DNA from: Trichoplax sp. H2
Taxonomy: Eukaryota
Reading direction: 5' to 3'
DNA length: 64,000 nt
Assembly (NCBI GenBank): GCA_003344405.1
Contig: NOWV01000240.1
Location: 1-64,000, forward strand
Under the pieces are notes generated by a model. That model was given only the letters and a program-made list of their open reading frames with translations. It ran no database searches and was not told the DNA's origin. This document shows positions 63,924-64,000 of the stretch, piece after piece. The first letter of the stretch is position 1. Each line of letters starts with the position of its first letter. The position numbers were made by a program, and so were the translations under genes.

Positions 63924-64000
63924 CTAAAATCGGTAAGTAAATCGTTGCAAAAAAATTGTAAAAAGTTATACAGTATATGAGTTGGTATCATTTAATATAA

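Overview
AT-rich eukaryotic (animal-like) genomic DNA with short GT-AG introns. Composition and gene style would fit a placozoan such as Trichoplax, but this is an inference the window cannot prove. The window is dominated by a head-to-tail, minus-strand array of 13 carboxyl/cholinesterase-family (type-B carboxylesterase, alpha/beta-hydrolase) loci, called C1-C13 here: 10 intact-looking genes, one interrupted by a solo-LTR-like insertion (C3), one pseudogene (C5) and one partial at the window edge (C13), plus a small relic fragment. Almost all share one design: a ~1.5 kb exon from signal peptide to WGxFxxxG, one phase-2 intron, then a short exon 2 that finishes the fold and sets the cellular address. 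Exon 2 types are type-I membrane (with mucin-like or proteoglycan-like stalks), secreted, ER-luminal (-SDEL) and ER-membrane (-KPKRH). C7 has lost the catalytic Ser and His and is built like a neuroligin-type adhesion molecule. C9 has His->Lys and an ER-retention signal. C11 is intronless. A 13-exon plus-strand CHID1 gene splits the array. Intergenic DNA holds a MITE, a Helitron-like 3' end, a shared CACCC promoter element and several short tandem duplications. No RNA genes or CRISPR arrays were seen.
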